The notes under the pieces are model-generated. The model had not been told where the DNA came from, made no database searches, and was given only the letters and a program-made list of their open reading frames with translations. Below, piece by piece: positions 56,311-64,000 of a stretch of DNA of 64,000 nt; within the stretch, counting starts at the first letter, position 1, and the number at the start of each line of letters is the position of its first letter. The DNA is taken from the NCBI GenBank assembly GCA_964019335.1, contig OZ025654.1, forward strand, positions 806,001 through 870,000. Reading direction: 5' to 3'. The position numbers and the translations under genes are program-made. The DNA comes from Diplonema japonicum. Its lineage: Eukaryota; Protista; Euglenozoa: Diplonemea.

Positions 56311-57886
56311 TTAGCCTATTACTTTTGCATTTATTCTGCACTTTGCATTTATTGTCGTCAATGCAAGTGATTTCTGATTTTTATGGCCCGAGAGGGGTTT
56401 CTGGGGGTATCCCCGGCAAGGTGGTAGTCTTTGAAGCCCGGAGTCACGCAAGTTGTACCAAGCAGGCTGAATACTGAAATAGGGGTCTTTTCGACTTGCA
56501 ATGCTTGCACCGCACGTTGCGCTACTTTTTCGGAAATGGTCCCAGAAGGTACTGTCGCATCGCATTGGGGCCTCAGGGCACTCGTTCTGTGTTTCGGGGC
56601 ATGGTATTGGGGCAGCCTGCTCTGTAGTTGACTTTAGCTGTTGTTTCAGCCTCCCTAGTAGCCCTTCGATGACTGCCTCTTTGAAAGGCGTGAATCCCTG
56701 TCGTTCATACTCAGGGTGTTGGGGGGCAATGCTTCTTTCCAAACAAGCCGGGCATTTGCCAGAGATTTATCTAACAAGTACGAAAATACTTTCAGGGGCC
56801 ACTTTTAAGTCATAAGGGTGCGTTTATGGCGTTTTGTCACAGCGTCACCCAGCGTCGGTTCCGCCCATTGCGGTGTTGTAAATATGCACTTGGTGGGGAG
56901 CGGGATGTCCTTTCTGGAGGGCCTCCGGCTTTCATTCTCTTTTGGCCGACACGCCAAATTTGACTTCACCAGAACATCCAACGTCGACAGAAAGCGCACA
57001 GGCTTGATGTCATGCCACGTTGTGGTGCAAAGGATGCTCACGTGCTGGTGGAACTGGGTGTCCCCACAGGGTGCGCGTCCTTGGGCTTGCGGCCTCGCTT
57101 CTTTGGGGCATCCGTGATCTCCGGGAGGCCTTTGCGATAGGTAGAAGTCAGCACGCTTGTTTGTTTCGCTGTGGAAACACAGATTTCCCAGAATAGTCAA
57201 AAAGCAGTCTCTTGACATGACGGTGGCGTACCCAGGGGTGTGTTGAGAGGCGTGGAGCCAGTGCGCCAGTAGTCAGAATAATCTGGCATGATATCCAAGT
57301 CCATCGACAGAAGGGCACCTAGGAAGGTACGCAGAGAAGCAGCATCGAGATCCAGGGAAACACCTTTTTTAGCCGCATTTGCCACATTGTTCGAAGTTAT
57401 GACCCGAATAACGTTTGGGACGAGCATTTGGGAGAATATATGGAATGGCGTTGAGCCTCTGATGTCAAAACAGGGTCCACAAGGATTCCGATCTTCACGA
57501 AACCGGATGCCTTCCAACTGCTCCGGCTTTGCCGTCTAATCACCCTGCTGTGACTCGGAATCGGTCGAATTCGAATCAGAATCACTGTTCGTATCAAAAT
57601 TGCATAATAGGGATGAGCCATCAGTGCTACCATCACTCATAATGTCCTCTTCCGGCCTCTTTCTGGGTGCCCTTTTTTGAAGTGATTTTTAAGGGTAAAT
57701 TTGGGCTGGCGTTTTTTTTTATTTTTTCATTTTCTTGCAAAGTTAGGGCAGCATTTAGTTTATATTTTTCATATTTTCCGCAGGACCCCGGATGCGAGAA
57801 GTGTCCGGGCTGTATTGCATTGAAAGCCCTTTACGCAAAAGATTTTTTTTCAAATCGTCTCTATAAAGACGCTCGTTGGTAGATGG
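56311..57886 (-). mobile_element. Decayed piggyBac transposon (one end located)
   Basis: Minus-strand remnants FLGALLSM..YSDYW, MSRDCFLTILGNLCF, WHDIKPVRFLST and YNTAMGGTD are diagnostic of PGBD transposases. Terminus CGTTGGTAGATGG at 57874-57886; the other end was not found. Confidence 0.8.
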
Positions 57887-58134
57887 TTTAAAAAAAAGAA
57901 AAGAAAAGAAAAAAAAAACAAGGTTTCATCGGTTGCTGGAAAGAAAAAATAGATATCGCTTATTGTCAAGCGACCCAAAGCACTACATAATAATGGAAAC
58001 GCGTTTCCATAAGAATTTTGAAAACATGGAAACGGATACGGAAACGGAAACGTTTCCACGTTTCCTGCCAGCATTACGTGTTTCGGGTTGACAAACTTCT
58101 CCAGGTTTTGCCCGTACGCGTACAAACAACGGCC

Positions 58135-58176
<42 letters not shown>

Positions 58177-58193
58177 AATGTTGAAAACGCTCC

Positions 58194-58584
58194 AGCTATT
58201 TAGTTGCCAACAAACTTCTGATTGTTTTTTCCTCCTTTTTTTCCCCCGTCTTTTTTTTGGTTTCATTTTTGACTCCCTCGCAGTTTTTACCCCCAACTCA
58301 ACGCAGGTAGAACAGAATTTCCCTAATCGTGGCATTTTAAGGAAGTAAAGCACTTGCATCAGATGGCCAAAAAAATTGTCAAAATACCCCATCCTTAAAA
58401 AAAAAAAAAAAAAAAAGGAACTTCAAGGGTGGTTGGGTACGTTTTCCCCACGAAGAGACCCATTTTTTCCCCCACTCTGAAGCGCCGTATAAAATCTCAT
58501 TATTTAACTCGTCAAATAATGGCCGTTTCGCGTTAAATAATGAGGCCCCTAGTGAAGAAAATGACGAAGAGTGAAAAAATAAAA
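58194..58584 (-). mobile_element. Non-autonomous derivative of the 36136-37823 Crypton-like element
   Basis: 58360-58584 aligns with 37590-37823; AGCTATTTAGTTGCCAACAAA at 58194 matches the opposite terminus; no YR ORF. Confidence 0.75.
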
Positions 58585-58756
58585 AAAAGAAGAAGAAGAA
58601 GAAAAGAAAAGAGTCAGTCTGTGGGTATTGAAACTTCGGCTGTAGTATGGTAAAATATGGTAAAACTTGTCGTTTTTGTAAGGGGGAAAAAAGCAAAACA
58701 CCTGCAGAAAGTAAATCTTTACTCGGCACAGAGGAATACAAGTTTCTTATCATTAA

Positions 58757-58788
<32 letters not shown>

Positions 58789-59006
58789 AAGAAATTAATA
58801 AAAGAAAAAGCGGCTCTTCAGGAGGTTTTTCTCACACTTTGCGTCGAAAGGAATTACGCATTCCCTATTTTTGTAGGAGAATGGCAGTGCGTTCCACGAG
58901 GCAGCAAGCCCCGACTCAACTCTTGTTTGGATTTTTTAAAAATCTCCTTTCCCCCTTTTTAAATTTCTTCCTTTTTTTTTTTTTCTTCTTTTTTTTTTTT
59001 TCTCCA

Positions 59007-59260
59007 GGTGGTAGGGATAATATGGAAATATAAAGAGTACATCAGATGTGTTGTTCGCTCGGTCATCACCGGTAGCGCCCGAGTGGGAGAAGCAGATGCT
59101 CTGGGAGACGAACAGGCAGCGAACTACACGGGCTCAGAATCTTGGTTACCCGGGGCGCCCCGGCTGGGGTTGAGATGCACACCGCACGCATTAAGGACAC
59201 GACGCGGAACGCAGAAGAAGCCACAGCTAGGCCGAGGTGCGCCCCCACCGGCTTCCTTTA
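59007..59260 (+). mobile_element. R1 short retroposon copy
   Basis: Same 5' start and CCTTTAA end as the other R1 copies, with small deletions. Confidence 0.78.
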
Positions 59261-59615
59261 AATCATCGATTTTTTTTTTTTTTTTTCTTTTTTTTTTCTT
59301 CGATAATGGAAAACCTTTTGTCCGTTGCACAAAAAAAAAAAAAAAAAAAACAGCATACTCCCTTTTTTTGTCTTTGTTTAACAGACCCCCCTTTTTTTCT
59401 TCTTTTTTTTTTTGCAAGATCAAGTAAAGAGGCTTTTGAAATAGAATTGTTATTGAAAGAAAAAAAGAGAGTACAGGCAGCTTACCCTACTGCAGGTGAA
59501 AACGGCTTGCACAAACAATCAGCCTGCTCTTTTTTTTCCAGCGGCCTTGTTACATAATTGCAGGTTAAAAAAAAAAAAACCGGCTCTAGTTCGGCTCTGA
59601 ACACAAATGGGAACG

Positions 59616-59646
<31 letters not shown>

Positions 59647-60297
59647 CCCCCCACTCTTCTGAAATTACTTCACGCTAGATCTCCATCAAAAAGAGCTGAA
59701 GAACAACGCCAAAAAGCCTGTAAAGAAGGCAAACATCTTTTAGCAAATGTTGAGTGTCGGCCTTGCCCTGAAAGAACACAAAACCATTCCCTTGAACTAC
59801 CTTGTTCAGGACAAAGCCCTTTTTGCTGCTGGTTCCACAGGTGAACTAAGCCTTCTTCTCGTACCCCAGGGACCAGCTCAAGACGTTTCAACAAGTATCT
59901 GTGACTAAAAAAATAGCCGAGATCTGAAGCGAGCACAAGTCTGCGAAAGGTCTTCATATGGCTGGAAATCGATTTCTATCGCAGAAGTAGAGGCTATATA
60001 AACAGATCAAATCTGCTTGTGACCATCGCGAACAAGATGCCACCCAACAAGTACCAATGCTCACCCACTCCGTTTGCCTCCGAAGGTTGCCACACACGCC
60101 TGTACCCCTTGTCACCCCTTTGTGCCCCTCGTGGTGAAGTAATTTCAGAGTGTCGTGAAACAAAACCACTTACCTACCGCCAAGGAATGCTTTACCGACC
60201 CCGAGGTAACGGCAAAGTCATTACTTGGGAGGTTACAGGGTTACAACAAGTGAAAAGTGGGATTTGGGTTACAGGGTGGGAGACACGTCGCTAAATT

Positions 60298-60528
60298 TCA
60301 GTTTGTGCGACTCTTTGTCCTCATCCCGCTTGCAAACAAGCAAGCTGCATATGCCTGACGCACTATGTTGTAGGGGTCGCTGAATTTCATTGCCAGATAC
60401 TCTTTCATTTCCTGACTAAACACTGAAAGCTTTTTCATGGCCTTCTTCAAAAGAAGTGCAACTCTGGGAAAGCTCTGCATTTTTTTACCGAAGTTTCGTT
60501 GGATGATGGCGTTGATCTTGCTGTAACT
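60298..60528 (-). pseudogene. Fragment of another Crypton-type tyrosine recombinase
   Basis: YSKINAIIQRNFGKKMQSFPRVALLLKK..KKLSVFS..FASGMR aligns with YSQIRAVF..LKLFLKR..KKAEVFN..YGGLR of the 36.3-37.4 kb protein. Confidence 0.65.
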
Positions 60529-60554
60529 TGCCCTAAACCTAGGTGGAATAGGTG

Positions 60555-60983
60555 AAATTAGGCCCAGGAGTGAAATAATGTTACATTATTTCACGCTCGA
60601 ACATTATTTCACTCCTGGGCCTAATTTCAAGGTAAACTGGGAGTGAAAATAAAGCTGGGAGTAACATAAAGTAAAATCTTATTTTCACTCCCACCCTTGG
60701 AAACCCGGCTCGAGTTATATAAAAAAAAATAGTAATTTACTGCCAACACCCTTTCAAACCCGGCTCTTGTTAAATAAAACAACGTATTAGTGAAAATAAG
60801 AACATTATTCCACTTGTGGTGGCAGGTTTAACTCGTAGCTTTTTACTTCACTCGCTGCGCTCGTGAAGTAAACAGGATATTAGTTCACGAGCGAAGCGAG
60901 TGAAGTAAGATCCCTACTCGTTAAACCCCCTGCCATCACGCGTGAAATAATGCTATCTTATTTTCACTTAATAAATAGCTATT
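60555..60983 (+). repeat. Crypton-type iterated palindromes plus ~190-bp terminal hairpin ending AATAAATAGCTATT
   Basis: Palindrome at 60555-60628 built from GTGAAATAATG; hairpin at ~60785-60973 with CTCGCTGCGCTCGTGAA / TTCACGAGCGAAGCGAG arms. Confidence 0.75.
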
Positions 60984-60994
60984 TTCCTTTTTGG

Positions 60995-61318
60995 AAGGAT
61001 GCGATACATCTTAGGACGTATTCAGAAATGCACAGCAAAGAGTGGGAAGAATGCTTTCCCCGCCAACGCAAAGACAAGGGTACACACCCTTCGACATCTT
61101 GGGGGCCCGACGACACACGGCTACGACAGGAGACCACTCTTCTCCTCGAGCCAAACCGCCCCCTACCTAGCACGACTCCAAGCAATGTTTCTCGCCCAGA
61201 TGCCGTCCATCTCATCGCGACAAACAGCCACCGCAGGCACCAGACAGCACCGCAGAACGGTGACCGATTAGTGTGGATTTCTCCCTGAACGGTGAGCACC
61301 CACCCGCACACCGAAATT

Positions 61319-61323
<5 letters not shown>
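60995..61323 (+). mobile_element. R2 retroposon 3' fragment
   Basis: Near-identical to 14793-15100. Confidence 0.78.
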
Positions 61324-61355
<32 letters not shown>

Positions 61356-61356
<1 letters not shown>

Positions 61357-62960
61357 GGCGAGGTTACGGACGGACGGTAAAGCGCAGAAGGACAACGAGA
61401 GGGTCAGGACAGCTATAAACAGGCTGGAGAGACTCGCGATCACGCCGCTAAAACTGACGAAGGTGGCGTCGCGTGCCTTGTGGGGACCGAGGTACAGGAC
61501 ACGAAACCCGGCGGCAGTGCTATCAATCCTCCATAAAGGACACACATACGACCCGGAGGTGGCCTCGCCATACCGCGCAATGGCTCTATTCCACAGGGTG
61601 CACCAGAAGAAGGGGACAGTGTGGGAGAGATGTGAAAGGCTGGCAGTAGCATACCGCGAGGAAGGAAGAACAACACCGCTAGGTCCGGTAGGCAATATGC
61701 TGCGAAGGTGGCTTCCGAAAGTGGGTCTCGGCTGGACGGGGTTCACACAGAAGCTGAAGGAAGGGAAGGAACGTTTCGCGCACGAAATGCGGGAGAGGCT
61801 GAGGGTGGGACGCTCAAAAAGCATCGAACAGGTGAGGAGGTCGATGCGAGACCTGGGGGAAGGAGCGGACCCGAGTACGAACGAGCTCTGGCAGCGGCTG
61901 AGGAAGAGCAACGATCCGATAGCAGCCAGGGCCTTACAGCGGGTGATAACCGGGGGAGTTTTCTACATCAACCCCAGGGGGTGGCACACGGACGCCAAGA
62001 AGAACATCGAACCGCCGAAGGAGGGAAAGGACACCACCTCAGAAGAGGAAGAAGAGGAAGAAGAAGAGGAAATGACGCGACCCACGAGGCGGCAGCCAGC
62101 ACAGTACGTTAACTGTGACATATGTGAACACGAGGTGCATGAGCACGACATGCTCAAGCACGCGCTGTGGGACTGCGAGTTGGCAAGGGAAATACAGAAC
62201 AAGGAAGCTAACAGAGCAGTGGTGGAAGAACGGACGGCCATGCCGAGGTGCATGCAGCTGCACGGAGTGCTGCCGCGAGGACACGACAAAGAGCATCTCA
62301 AGAGCCTGCAGCTCTACCTCCTGGAGGTGGTAACAGAACGAGACCGCCGCCTGCAAGAAAAGAGGGCACTGGAGAGGTACACGACTCACCCGTGGGAAGT
62401 GATCACAGACATGGAGACAACATGTAGGGGGGGGGGCTCATGAAACAGTACGGACAGGAGATCGTCAAATGGCTAGGGCAGCTCAAGTGGTACCGGGGCC
62501 CGAGGAGAACAACGGTCACGACAATAGAGCTTGCGCTGGACTTCGAGAACAGCACAATGAAGTCGCTGGTGGGTGAACGTGGAGACCTGACACTAATAGG
62601 TAAAAAGGCGAGACGGCTACATGGCCTGCTGGTGAGGCTGCAGGAAGGCTGGCAGGACGCGCGGATAAGGAGGAAGGTCAGGGGACACAGAGCCATACCG
62701 GCGGAGCAACGGCGGAACCACGGCCTGAGGACCATAGGGGGGAGAAAGGTCTTGGGCTGGGACAGAAGACCGCTGCACGTCTCGGAACAGACGAAGAAGG
62801 ACCTCCAGAAACTGAGACAGCAGTGGCAGAAGGAGCGGGTGAGCGCCATGAGGGAGCGGGCTCAGCCCAAAAAGGAAAGACCGAAGCCGCTGAAGGGAGA
62901 TAGGGGCAGGTAGAAGAACAAGACAGGACGTCCCAGATCAGGGATTTCCTTTTACCTCTT
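61356..62960 (+). mobile_element. 5'-truncated non-LTR retrotransposon (post-RT region, CCHC knuckle, C-terminal domain)
   Basis: ORFs 61292-62443 and 62440-62913 are joined by a frameshift near the G-run at ~62430. CDIC..KHALWDC zinc knuckle, MPRCMQLHGVLP, LKWY..TTIELALDFE. No RT domain in the window. Confidence 0.8.
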
Positions 62961-63545
62961 TAATTTTTTTTTTTTTTTTTTCAAGCGGATCCTGGATACG
63001 CTGCAAGCGACATGGATGAGGGAGAAGAGGAGACTCGCTTTTCCGGCGAGGTCCTTAATTATTAAGCTTTAATGACCCTTAACTGTAATCTTGTTTTATC
63101 CCCTAGAATAGCAATCCCCCCCAGGGCTATGTGGGTAGAGAAACGGGAAACGGGTCCGTTTCCTTATATCTTTTTTTTAAAAAAAAAGCTTAAAAAAAAC
63201 CCCAGAGCTGATGAAGCCGAGAAGACGACGCACACGACCTGGGCAAAGCAAGGAGGATAGTTTTTTTTTTTTTTTTTTTTTTTACCTTAGAAAAATCTTC
63301 TTTTGAAAACTTTCTTTTTTCACTTTTACCGCGTTTTCAGGGGGCATGTCCCCCCCCCCCCCCCCCCCCGTAGTCCGGTGCCTTGAGGGAACTGGGGCAT
63401 TTTAAAGAGAAGTGTCCTAGTCTGTGGCAGCTTGATACTTCTTCCAAATCGTCGATGTCGAACAAAGCTCTGTTATTTCAAAGTATCTTCCATTCCATTA
63501 AGATGAAAACAAAAACGGTATATTTGGTTTGGTTTCTTTTTTTTT

Positions 63546-63870
63546 GGTGGTGGGGATAACATGAAAATATAAGAAAAACATCAGATGTGTTGTTCGCTGT
63601 TGACCTCCTCGTCGGTCATCACCGGTAGCGCCCGAGTGGAAGAACATAATGCAGATGCTCAGGGTGACGAACAGGCAGCAAACTGCACGAGCGCAGAATC
63701 TTGGTTACCCGGGACGCACCGGCTGGGGTTGAGCTGTACACCGCACGCATTAAGGACACGACGCGGAACGCAGAAGAAGCTACAACTCGGCCGCGGCGCG
63801 CCCCCTGTAATCAAGTAGACAGTTCTTGTGCAGGGCGCCGCCAACACCGGCCTCCTTTAACATATATATA
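63546..63870 (+). mobile_element. R1 short retroposon, full-length copy
   Basis: Near-identical to 15477-15800. Confidence 0.82.
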
Positions 63871-64000
63871 TATATTTTTTTTTTTGCATCAATACTTTCC
63901 GTTGCAAACCTAATATGCTCGGGTTTTCTTTTTGTTGTTCCTTTGTCCCCCCCCCCCTTTTTTTTGTTCCCGCAAGTGGTGCAGCTTGGGGGGGTTTTTT

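Overview
Eukaryotic genomic DNA, most likely a euglenozoan and plausibly a diplonemid. The host call is an inference from a kinetoplastid-like SAM synthetase, GT-AG introns, receptor-type nucleotidyl cyclases and strictly co-oriented genes. Eleven host genes all lie on the + strand: two receptor/HAMP cyclase-family genes, two OGFr-like paralogs, SAM synthetase, two CUB-WSC secreted proteins, a 7xCUB membrane protein, a multi-TM/degenerate-cyclase/STE-like kinase, a two-exon CCCH zinc-finger gene and a kinase-receiver (REC) fusion. The homopolymer-rich intergenic DNA is packed with nested mobile elements: piggyBac elements (TTAA), a decayed Sola-like DDD transposon, GAG..CTC elements with ATAT target duplications, a TA-duplicating MITE, and many sense-oriented 3' fragments of non-LTR retroposons. 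The most notable signal is an intact Crypton-like tyrosine recombinase gene in an element with an unusual end structure: asymmetric inverted repeats, iterated palindromic motifs, a ~110-200 bp terminal hairpin and an AATAAATAGYTATT terminus. A second, sequence-divergent family and several non-autonomous derivatives show the same structure. All calls come from reading motifs by eye; no database searches were run.
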